A stretch of 61,170 nucleotides of DNA, filler included, from Sphacelaria rigidula (lineage: Eukaryota), in the NCBI GenBank assembly GCA_964200075.2. It is 8 parts of 8 records of this genome, joined end to end, with 100 filler letters (N's around TTAATTAATTAA, not from the genome) between each part and the next. Parts side by side here need not be neighbours in the genome. Positions count along the whole stretch, not along the records: positions 7,661 to 15,219 come from CAXNAA020014336.1; positions 15,320 to 22,878 come from CAXNAA020014337.1; 6 more parts are not named here. One strand, given 5' to 3'. The notes under the pieces are model-generated. The model was not told where the DNA came from and searched no databases. It saw only the letters and a list, made by a program, of their open reading frames with translations. Of this stretch, positions 10,327-21,179 are shown piece after piece. Positions within the stretch are counted from its first letter, which is position 1. The number at the start of each line of letters is the position of its first letter. The translations under genes and the position numbers were made by a program.

Positions 10327-12402
10327 AAACGAGGTTGGTCACACGCGGCAGGATTCGCAGGAAAAAAAGGCCAAGTGTTCTAGACTCGGGGGGCAGGAAC
10401 GTTGGAGCCCTCATGGCAAATTCCCGACATAGACGCAGAAACGAAGACCAAAATAAATACAAAACCAGGGGCACGCTGGGCAACAGCGAAAATGAAATAT
10501 CCGCAACATAAAGCAGAGAAACAACACGTGGCAACCGTCCTTGTAAAAGGGAGCGATTATCGTGTGTATGAAGCAAGCAGGGTCAAACGTTTCAGCCAAG
10601 AAGGCGAAACATTCCAGGCAAACATGTCTTAATATAAAACTCAACGTGGTACGCACACAAAAAAGGGGACACGTCATTACCGATCCTGAAGGGGGAGGCA
10701 GTATGCGTGTACGGAGCGGTTGGGCAAGAGCGCAATTATTCAAGACGGGGAGGCGAGGTATATCTAGCGCTCGCTCCTAAAACTCTCGACCGAAAAGACA
10801 GAAAAAAAATACATATTACACAAACGACAAAAGGTGCGTACAACGAAAAAAAAGATGAAGAATTAATAGCTTGGGGCAGCTGTTCCAGTAGGCGAAATTG
10901 TTGTGGATGTACGGCGCGGAGGACGGAAGTTCAAGGTTCCAGACTCAGGGTCAGGAATGGAACGGTCGTCACTTGTACTTTGCCAGGACACTTTCTACGA
11001 TAGCCCCCCCCCAAAAAGTGCATGGTTTTGGGCAAAATATTCACGTAAATCGAAATGGGAAAAGTCGAGCACAATGAGAAGCTGGGAATTCCCACNNNNN
11101 NNNNNTCCACGCCAGGGTTCGTTCTAGCCAATGTCGCCAATATGAGGCGCTTCATGCAGCCTGAACCCGAACACCAGGCGCTGTATGATTATTTTTTCGT
11201 GACACTTTTAACTGGTTTTTTGTGGGGGGGAGGGGGCGTACTCATTTGTTGCTTTCCTTAGTCGTTTGACCATGGACCACGCATCCCTTTCGAAACGGAG
11301 CATGCTGGTTTTTTGGGGGGGCTTTCGTAGAAAGTGTCCCAGATGAACCCAGAATTACCCAAGAAAAGTACCCATTGAACACAAAAAATCGAACACAAAG
11401 CACGAGGTGAAAAGATAAGAAAAGAAGAGAGGAAAAACAAAAAAAACAAAGACAAAAACGAGTAAAACAAATTGACGCAAAGGCAATGAAAACCGAAACA
11501 AAAAATCAGGTCCAGAGCAACAAAAAATAAAACACCAGATTCCAAATACAAAGCACAACATCAAACGCTAAAAGTACGGGACTAATCAGTACGAAAAAGA
11601 AATGGAGGGCGGGAGGGGGGGGGGACACATGGTTGTCCAACGACGCTACGGTGCAAGACAAGTGACTCTAACGCGGTACACTACGCAAGATGACTGAGGA
11701 AGCAGACTCGGATGCATCATGAGCCATCTGCATCCCAAGCGGTGTTCGTGTTCCGTAGAACGGCTGTTTCGAGTTCGCCATGGTCGTGTCGTTGGAGGCA
11801 CCAGGATCCCCTCCCAGCGGTCGGCTCCTCGGTGTAGTAAACATCATCCAAGCGAATCTTAAGGTGGCTCGGGTCATCAAGGAAACAGATAAAGTAGGAG
11901 TGGTCAGACGCAGGATCGACCAAGTGAATTTTACCCATCCACCACAGTGAATCCAAGGCCTTATACCAAAATTACGCCCCTTTCGGCAATCGTTTTCCGT
12001 GAAAACACTGCATGTAATGTGAACGCGAAAGAAGGCTATATAGCCTGTCACAACAAACCGCGCTGAGTGTTCACGTGCCAGTTCCCGAGCGGCAGCTCCC
12101 TTGCGCATCGACCGATATCTCTTATTCAACAGGCGGTGTTGGACGGTATCTCCTACCCAGTGCAGCAATATTTCCCGACGAAAATGACGAAAACCAACTT
12201 CACGCTCCCATGTGTCACGCATGATACCCTTCCAATGTGTTTTGATACATTACCGCTATCCTATGTCCACGACCGCGAACCAGTTGATGGCCCGAAATCC
12301 TATCTACCTCGACGCGTTCCAGGGGTGCGTCCGCATCCTCGACCGTCATTTGATACGGCGGAGTTTCGATCGAATACTTGGTCAACACATTCTGGCTAAG
12401 CC

Positions 12403-13926
12403 CTAGCGGCAGTTGTTTGGGCATGTCGGAGGAGTCGTGAGGGGGATACAAGGTTTGCATCGTAGCATCGAGACACGATTTTTCGGTTTCGAACCAGGTT
12501 CATCCATGGGAAAATCTAAATACAAAAGTTTCGCTCCCACCGGACTCTTGTCGGGTGCGGTAGCGCTTGGACCAACAGCTAAAATTTCCCAAGGACCAGT
12601 CCAATGCAAGGATAGTTTCGCCTTCAACACTTTGTCCAAAGATGATGATTTCGAGCTAGCCCCTTGATTGATGGTCTTCACATCGTTATACACCCATGCC
12701 CATTGATCTACCTTCCACACTGGGCGGTTATGTACCACATCCTCCAACATCGCGTTCGCCCTTGCCACCTTGGCCAAATTGATATGGTTCTGTTCTCGTA
12801 CCACTTCATATGCAAGACGAAGACGATTGCTAACCGACAAATGATACTCTGCAACATCACGATCCAGACTCTGATGTCCACCTGTATTTTTGCGTTCGAA
12901 TACCGTTAAAGGTAACCTAGGCATGCGTCCAATATGAATTTCATTCGGCGACAATCCCGTAGCGGCATTGACTGAATTGTTGTAGTTCATCTGGACAAGG
13001 GGCAGGTGCAGATCCCAGTCCATCTGTCTCTCATTTGCTACAGCAGCAAGCATCAGTGCCATCGTATGGTTCACTCGTTCTGTTCCACCATTGGTGGAAG
13101 GGTGATGTGAACTAGTAAACATACGATGGGCACCCAAAAGGTCAGTGACGGCGGCTGAACGTTTGCCTGAAAAATGCGGGCCGTTGTCAGACAGTAAGCG
13201 TTTGGGCACACCCCACAGTGGGATGTACATGTAGACAAGAATGTTGGCGGTACCTTCCGCGGTATAACTACTGGGGGGGACGGCGTGCATCACCGCATGT
13301 TGACTAAATCTATCCGTAAACAACAAAATATACTTATTTCCACTATCCGTCAGGGGCAGAGGATCAAAATAGTCTCACGAAACTACTTCACCAGGTTCGT
13401 TTGGGAGTGGCATGGAAACAATCGGCCAACGAACTGTTTGACGAGAAGGTTTTCGCGCCTGACACAAAAGACAACGCCTCACCCACCAAAGACAACACTG
13501 ATCCATACAAATCCACCAATTAAAACGTTCCAACATCTGGGAGGTCCTAATGGCGCCTAAATGAGTCGATGCCTGTGAATAGCATTCGTGTAGAACCCAT
13601 GGGCGCAGGAAAATCGGGACGTCGATGCGGATGGGTTCATCACCTAGCAAGTGGGCATGTCGACCTGCAGGCTTCCTCCGGGAGAGGTCTGCTGTGGGCC
13701 GGTGAACTAACAGAACTGTACCATCGTCATCCGTATGTAGAGCAACGTTTCTTGAAAGTTCAGTAACTTCATCCTGTGTGGGCGCTTTGACATTCCCGAC
13801 TGGCAAAAGGAATTCGGTTTCGGAGAATGGACATGGGCAACCTTTAGATAGATAATGGATAGCTGATTTACAAGCAGGTTCTGCCTGTTGTTCCCGGATC
13901 CAATCGGCGTGGGAGAAGAGAGTCAA
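12403..13926 (-). pseudogene. Gypsy integrase (zinc finger plus DDE core)
   Basis: ORFs 13375-13926 and 12403-13326 share a frame, broken by one TGA. Motifs include SDNG, HPSTNGGTER and YNNSVNAATGLSP. Confidence 0.93.
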
Positions 13927-14442
13927 ACGTTCCTTGAATACACCATCTGTTGAAGCGTCTACTTCGTGTTGGGCCGGTTCGGGGCGGGGTTGGCACGAGG
14001 CGGTGATTTCGGAATCAAGGGTGAGCCTACTAGTTGGTATACTCTCAGACGGAACGTTAACGTCTACTCCTGCGTCGATCAGCGGGATCCTCTGGGGGCC
14101 TTGCGTCGCGGAGGCTGCGGGGGCGCACGGAAACTATCGGGGACCGGGGTGGGGGCAGGGAGGGGAAGGTCAGGACCAGAAACGGCTATTTTGGTGGCCG
14201 TTTCGGCGGTTCGCCGTCCACGAGTCCTACTCAGAATCAAGTCTCGAACTTGAACTGGTAAGACGGAGTCAGCAAAGGACGGTTCTACACCTGCTGCGAA
14301 AACCATGCGCTGGCCAGTTGCACGAAAATGATCATAGCCAACAGTTTTCGTAGGCAGTCCATTCCAAACTGAGTTACAATGATTGAGGTTGCAAGCTGCC
14401 TAGAAGTGATGCGTGGGCTGTGGTCGTCAGCCCATCCATGCC

Positions 14443-15170
14443 TCAAGTCGGCGTTTCTCTCAGTGAAAGTGGTGTGTAGAGACCTCTATGTCCATTCCTG
14501 CATATGAAATATACAATGTCTTCGGAGGGATCGGTGATACGTCCTATGGAGGGTCCATAGATAGGTCGAGCTGGTGTGGGCAAGCGTGACAGAAAGTCGG
14601 CGTTTGCATTCTGGGAACCTGTGCGGTACTTCAGTTGGAAGTTGTAGGACGACAGGATTTCGAACCAGCGTTGGACCCTAGCGTTGTGTTCCGCCATTTT
14701 GGCAAGGCTTTCCAAAGGCTCATGGTCGGTAAAAATTACAAACGGGATGTCATACAAATACTGACGCAGACGTCGCACGCCCCAAACAACTGCGCCGGCC
14801 TCTTGTTCCATGACAGACCAATTCTGTTCATTCAGAAAAGTGGTGCGACTCAGATAGACAATGGGACGAACAGTAGAATCGACTTGATCCTGTTCTAATG
14901 TGCAGCCAAACCCAATTTTGGAATAATCTGTGTGGAGCCGGAAAGCGCGGGAACCCTGCTACGCGGTCGACCAGTCGGGGAAGACGAGAATCGGCTGGCG
15001 CGAAAGGGCGTCAAGAAGACGGCGGACAATTTTTTCCATTTCCAATGTGAACACAAATTTTACCCCTTTTTTGAGGAGGGTGGTGAGGGGTTTTAGCGTT
15101 TGGGCAAGGTTTGGCAAGTACTGTCTGTAATAGCTTAGACCTCCCAACAAGGAACGCAATTGAGAAATAA
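14443..15170 (-). pseudogene. Gypsy reverse transcriptase C-terminus and RNase H
   Basis: ORFs 14959-15159 and 14443-14811 share a frame, broken by one TAG at 14959-14961. Confidence 0.92.
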
Positions 15171-15452
15171 CAGCAAATTGTGCGTATTGAGGTTTAACTC
15201 TGAATTGAGGCTCAAGTGGNNNNNNNNNNNNNNNNNNNNNNNNNNNNNNNNNNNNNNNNNNNNTTAATTAATTAANNNNNNNNNNNNNNNNNNNNNNNNN
15301 NNNNNNNNNNNNNNNNNNNGGTTGATCGTAGAGCACTCTCGTATCTCCTCCCGAGTTGTGATAACCCATGACCTCCTGACATCGGGACATGGAAAATTGA
15401 GCACATGCTGGTATAATAACATCGATGATGCCAGTTTCTCGAGCGATTGGTA

Positions 15453-15682
15453 ATCGCCGAGCGGGGACACACAAAAGATTGGGGCGAGAAGCTTCCTCTC
15501 TGTCGTTGCTTCTCTCTCTGGTGATATCGTCATCGACACGCGTGTACACCGCATTCGTTAGGCGCACGTAGCCACAGCTGTTTAACTGCTGCGGACATTC
15601 GGGGGGAAATATGGCTTCGCTCGGTCGTAAGTGTTTCGCGTCACCCCTGCCAAAAAGAAATTCCACTTGAACCTCATTTTTG
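15453..15682 (+). repeat. Interspersed repeat family H, copy 2
   Basis: Homologous to 7661-7890. Confidence 0.8.
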
Positions 15683-15866
15683 AGATGGACCCCATTTTCC
15701 AGGATCCACTGTTATATGGTGTTTCGTAGGATGGTTCGGCAAGAGGCCATCAACACCCAGCCTCACTCGGCTTTTCATTGCTGATCTGGGGCCCAGTATT
15801 ATTACGGTAAAGACTAATTGAACACATCTTCGAGGTCTAACACATCCTGTGTACATCCAGCCGCTA

Positions 15867-16640
15867 CGAGCTGGGGCAGCCTAGAAACATATTTAAGCTC
15901 TCCAGACAATATCTCATCGACACAGACGAGTGGGCCGTGATTCGCATATCGTATTGATAGTCTAATCAAGGGGAAGGTGCCCATCTGCTCAAAAGTCTGA
16001 ACCAATATTTTCTCGTCGAATAAACCCCATGTCTAGTAATTCCTATACCGTACGGAGATCATACGCTGGACAGTAGATTCTATTGTAAAAACATGTACTG
16101 CGTTCAGTATGGAATCTATGTCTATTGCAATAGACGCAATAGTCGATACTGTACGCAGTACACTTCTTGATTGTGTATTCTATTGTCCAGGGTATGACGG
16201 AGATATCGTCCATACAAATATATATATGAACTCCCGAACGATACATTCAGTGGATGACGACGACTTTTGGCGTGGACCTTCCCTGAAGCACGTGGAGACG
16301 ATAAATACCCTCACCTTCCCCTGATTCGTAATCTATTTCGAGATATGGCGTGCATAAGTCTACATACTAAAATAAGTATATTGCGAGTAGAGGCACTAGA
16401 TGCCCGAAATCATATCGCGTCTCAGTTTTCGAGAGTTGTGCTATGAAATTTCGTATGGAGAACCGCCAGTGCATAACACAACGAAAAGAAAACAGCTGTT
16501 TGTCATTTTCTTCGCTTTTTTATTTTTGTTTTTAGTTGAGTTTTGAGGAGGGATGAATACTGCTCTTAGACCCACTTTCATGCCAACGAATCTCGATGTT
16601 TTCGGGAGCCCGGTTTTGAAAAAAATCGGGGGGACTCAAA
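15867..16640. mobile_element. Partial copy of TA-flanked TIR element family B (inverted relative to 59115-60277)
   Basis: Starts ta|cgagctggggcagcctag. The body is the reverse complement of ~59800-60277. The right boundary is approximate. Confidence 0.8.
16060..16196. mobile_element. 137-bp hAT-like MITE (family C) nested in family B
   Basis: TIRs catacgctggacagtaga / tctattgtccagggtatg. Perfect 8-bp TSD acggagat at 16052-16059 and 16197-16204. Confidence 0.9.
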
Positions 16641-17664
16641 TTCGTGGACTCAAAATCGAGGTGACCGTTTCATGGTACAGACAGTACAGTATCACAAATT
16701 TGTGAAACGGTTCTGTACACAGACAATCATTTCTGCATGAATTTAGTGCTGCGTACTCGTGCATGAAGCCGAAGAGCAGGCAGGCGGTAAACAATTCTTC
16801 GAGTGCAATGTCGTACCTTGGTACCCTAGGGTAGTACAGTGCAGGGCACTGCATTAGTACAGTACATGATAATACCGTGTGGTCGTACATCATGGCACAG
16901 CCGGTTTTGCTTGAACAGAGAACAAACAGTGCGCGAGCAGAGTTGAGTTGAGCTTGGAGCGTAAACACAGCTCCGTGGCTCCCAAGGTACACAGACAGTT
17001 CAACAAAATCTCCTACAGCAGCCTAGCCGATACCCGAGGAACTTTCCTCGAGGTTAGAAGTTCCCTATGGACAGGACCCGTGGATTTTGTTCTCGGAAGA
17101 ACGATAAGCACAGTCGGGTTCGCATAAGTGAGACCCACATTCCACAGGTATGACGGTGTCAGAGGCTTCACGTCAAAACTAAGGAATAAGGGATCTCACA
17201 TCATTCGAGTAGTGTTTGCTGCTGATCAAGGCCAAGGCAATGTTCAATTGTTTTCAACTGCTTTGCTCTCATGTTTTCGTGACATTCGCTGCATAACCGC
17301 TGCCTTCGTGCTCCCAAACCAACGAGAAGCCGACGAAGAAAAGCACGGTGTAAAAATACGCCGCTAAAAGTCATCCTGTTCGAACGATGATCTTCAACAG
17401 GCTTTTGTGGTTCGAGTTCTTGTTTCAAATTTTCGACACCCTGCGAAAAAGAGCCAGTTTGAGTGACTTTCGGTGGCCAGAACACGCGCCACAGGTGTCA
17501 GATGACACCCAAACCTGAACGGTAATGCACCGCTGCGCCTTCTTCGTGTGCCGCAAAAGAAAGCGCGGGATAAAACGCCTTGTCGCCAGAGAAAACTCGG
17601 CAACAGTGTTGAAAAACAATGTGAAATGATACATGTACATATCCTGAGTGTGCAGATTCTTATA

Positions 17665-17861
17665 GCATACGGCCATTTCTTTTCCTGTGCTATGCTTTTC
17701 TCGACTTATTTTTCTGTTCGACTTTTTTCTGTTCCTTGTTTTTCTTGCAGCGAGTGTTTCAGTTTTGTTTTGTCTTGGGTACGTCTATCATGTGACCACG
17801 GCTGAGTTCCTGGGGGGTCAGTTGAAGTGCAACAGTCAATCAATCGATCAATCAATCGATC
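17665..17861 (+). mobile_element. Retroposon (LINE/SINE) 3'-end family D with (CAAT)n tail
   Basis: Reads 'gggtacgtctatcatgtgaccacggctg...gggtcagttgaagtgcaac' plus an aatc tail. Other copies are at 30061-30377 (+), 36980-37110 (+, partial), 38370-38570 (-), 43180-43370 (+), 43447-43520 (+) and 57290-57630 (-). Confidence 0.8.
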
Positions 17862-20111
17862 TAGAGGGTACATATTCCTCTCGAGGGAATCAAGATGTTC
17901 AGAGGATTTCAGAGGGCTGCAAATACTCTCGAGTAAGCAACATCGACCAAACCAGAGTATTATAAAACACTCTAACGGTCGCAAAAATATTCCTCTGGAT
18001 GAGAGCCGATTGGCCACATGTGAACCGTTGTGCCCTTGTAACGAAGGCTCGATCTCTCGGGGATTGACGAATGTACGATTATCAACCAATCGGTGAAAAC
18101 CAATCAATCAGCCAATCAATCAATCCGATGGCTCGATTCTTCAGACTCGTGATTACAGGCACACGAAGAGACGTAGGTACCGCAAGCATTGGCTAAGAAA
18201 TGTATCATTATCAACGAGCTGACCGATTTCATCCGTGTCTGATGTCACCCATCCACCCACCCACCCTCCGCCCAAATTGCAAAACCATGGACACCAACCG
18301 AAACGAACTACAAATGACCGTGAAAACCATATATGTCCATCAACGATGTCGACCTCGGCATGCAGACATCAGTTGTACGAAACACCGAATCCAAGGACAA
18401 GAACCTACGATGAGAAAAAAAAAAAAATCTTGAAATAATAGTAAATCGAGAACAAGCTCGAAACGAGACCGTGCGCACATCTTTCTTTTCGTCACACTTT
18501 CACTCCCTCCCCTTCCTTGAGACGAGTCGGGGTTCTCGAAAAATCAACCCGTCTCTCCCTCAGTGCAAGGCGTCACACTTTGGTGTCGCGGATCGGATCA
18601 GCACTCCTGCACTGCGTCGACTCTCGTCTAAGTAACTCAGCCACACAAACTAATTTTCTACTCACGTCCCCACCCTTTCAACGACGGAAATACATATATA
18701 TATATATATATATATATGCAAATATTAAATAATGTTTTGTGTAATTTTGGCGGTGAAAATGCAGCAGAAACGTGGCACATATACTTCGCGCGTCGCAAAA
18801 TACGCCAATAAATAAACAAATAAATAAACAACCCGGAACTACTTTTATACAAGTGCTACTACCCCTGTTTCGTGCCGTAGCAGAAACATACCCCAAATAC
18901 AATGCATCTACCATATATGTTCATCCCTACTACAGCAGCAGCGACCTACCTAGTCTCCGAAGATACGAATAGATGCCATCAACATTGATTGATTAGTGAG
19001 TTGAACTGTCCGGGTGCGTCCATTTCCGTTGTCTCCTCCCCCCCTCTAACCCAATAGAACTGAGCTGAATGATTTGCCTGTCTCTGTCCAGGTACCCATC
19101 TCTGTCTGTTTTCACCCACGCATCCGGTAAAACAAACACAATACACTATACCGTACACGAACCGTGTGTTTTTGTCGCTGCTTTTGTCGTGTACATACGT
19201 GCGATCACGACAGTATATATTTTTTATACGAGGGAAGAACGTGTTTTCGCGTGCTCAGAGACCACACACGAGTCCGTGTTTCTCCATTTTTTCCGAACAA
19301 CTGGGTGGGCCGACTCAACCACGTCGATCGCCCGAGCACATAAAGCTCTCTACCATGGGTGGGGTGCCCGACGCGTCGATTTACAGCTGCATTACATAGG
19401 GCGTGCGTTCAGTGATCCCACAACAACAGCCGCGGTAGCTGCAACAACAACAACGGCAGCGCTTTTTCTGCCAATTCATTGATTACCCTGCTCGCTGGAC
19501 GCTCCCCCCCCTCCCGAAAACACGACCCGACAGTTCCGTAAATTGATGCACGAGTCAACCAAAGTTTCCGCTTGGGGCGGTGAGCGAGAGCTTCCACTCG
19601 AGCCACCCCACGCGATCTACCCTAGGTAAACTCGATGTTCTAAATGCGTCAACGTGAATCCAGGCCGCCTTGCTTCCGAAACAACAGTTGGTCTCGTCTC
19701 TCGCGAATGTTTCGTTGCATGTCTACAGGGATGGAACGCCGATGCACGCCATATATATATTCCGCGTAGTGAGTTTTTCTGAGTCACACTTCCCAGCACC
19801 CAACGTTGTCGTCATCACGGATTGTCAATACCGTGCGTGCGACAACAGGGTGGCGTGAACCAGATTGTAGCTACGGTCCTACCAACACACACACTACGAA
19901 TACGATCGATCGCAGAGTTTGGGCTTTATGCATGTTACTTTCAACCAATCTGCAGATCAACAGCAGCCCTGAATCGACTTCCTCCCTGCTCTTTTGTTCT
20001 CTCCTGCGGACGTCACATACATATAAATTATGATGCTTCGGCAGCTGCGCAATATAATAACTGTCACAGGGTACCATACCCTCGATGTGATTCGCTTCAA
20101 GTACCCTCCCC

Positions 20112-20144
20112 CGTGCGTGTGTGTGTGTGTGCGTGCGTGTGTGC

Positions 20145-20191
<47 letters not shown>

Positions 20192-20276
20192 CGTGTGTGT
20201 GTGCGTGCGTGTGTGTGTGCGTGTGCGTGTGTGAGTGTGCGTGCGTGCGTGCGTGCGTGCGTATGTATGTGTGTGT
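20112..20276. repeat. Compound (GT)n/(GTGC)n microsatellite
   Basis: Directly visible. Confidence 0.97.
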
Positions 20277-20324
20277 AAGAGAGAGATTAAGAGAGATTGC
20301 CATGCACTAATTCATGTATTCCCG

Positions 20325-20642
20325 TCAGATGAGCATGCGGGCCTGAGTGTCGGCCGGGCAGAGGTTGATGATGTAGCTCATGCTGTTTTTTCCTTCGTGC
20401 GTGTTGTTGTCGTCCTCGTTGAGGCACACGAACGTCGAAGAGTGATCGTCGTACGGATAGCAGTCTGAGCAATGATCGCAGTAGTCATGATCCAAGTCAT
20501 CACCGGCGGCAGCGAGGTTGGGACAAGGGAAGGGAAGAAGGGGAGGAGGAGGGGCAGTTGGCTGTTTGTCCGTCGCATCTAGCTGATCGGTGAATGTCGA
20601 CGAATCAACAAATAAATCGCTCAACCAATCCAATTTCATAAC
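20325..20642 (-). CDS. Possible terminal coding exon, unknown product
   Basis: A minus-strand acceptor-like tttgtattttag precedes an open frame VMKLDWLSDLFVDSSTF... that runs to a stop. No family recognised. Confidence 0.25.
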   Translation of the reverse strand, partial: VMKLDWLSDLFVDSSTFTDQLDATDKQPTAPPPPLLPFPCPNLAAAGDDLDHDYCDHCSDCYPYDDHSSTFVCLNEDDNNTHEGKNSMSYIINLCPADTQARMLI

Positions 20643-20817
20643 CTAAAATACAAAGCACAAACGCCATGCTACTCTTTGGCCCCAACAAGCGCCGAAGTAG
20701 GTAATCCAACAATCATCATACTTTGCGAAAACAACCGCTCTGTGGTGAACGGTAGCTGACGGTAGCACCAGTTATACGACGAGTGACCAAAGAGTGGGAG
20801 CGCATTCCTAGGGGGTG

Positions 20818-21179
20818 CACACGCGGCCACTTGGCTACCCCCCAGAATGCTTCCGGAGGGATGCGCGGCCCTCCAGAGGTGAAACAAGCCTCCGGAGGCC
20901 TTCAATCCCTCTGGAGGAAAAACCAAACACTACTATCGCCCTGGAGGGCCGCGCACCCCTCGGGAGGAATTTCATAGATGGAAAAATGCCTCCGGAGGGA
21001 TGCGCGGCCCTTCGCAGGCAAAAACAAGCCGTCGGAGAGGCGTTTGATCCCTCTGGAGGAAACCAAAAAATTCTTTTCTGGAGGGCCGCGCACCCCTCCT
21101 GGACCGTTTAATTTCTCTGGAGGCTCGAAAGGTTGACCGTCCTGGAGGGAGTTTGGGGGTTGCCAAACGGCCGCGTGTG
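20818..21179. mobile_element. TIR element with subterminal repeats (CACTA/CMC-like MITE)
   Basis: TIRs cacacgcggccacttggctacccccca / gggggttgccaaacggccgcgtgtg. Internal direct and inverted copies of ggagggccgcgcacccctc. Flanks tg/tg. Confidence 0.75.

Larger units (their letters stand above)
11717..15170 (-). mobile_element. pol: Ty3/Gypsy LTR retrotransposon pol, degenerate (RT end, RNase H, linker, integrase, chromo-like, Tudor-like); 5' part cut by the contig end
   Basis: RT thumb QLRSLLGGLSYYRQY. RNase H LHTDYSKIGFG..EQEAGAVVWGVRRLRQYL..FTDHEPL..NANADFLSR. Zinc finger HLG..RRCLLCQ. DDE core DYF..LSDNGPHF..GGTERVNHT. RT-RH-INT order marks it as Gypsy. In-frame stops at 14959 and 13375, plus frameshifts. 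Confidence 0.95.

Noticed and set aside
19822-20310. Cys/Val-rich and His/Thr-rich ORFs
   Set aside because: They are translations of the GT/GTGC microsatellite.
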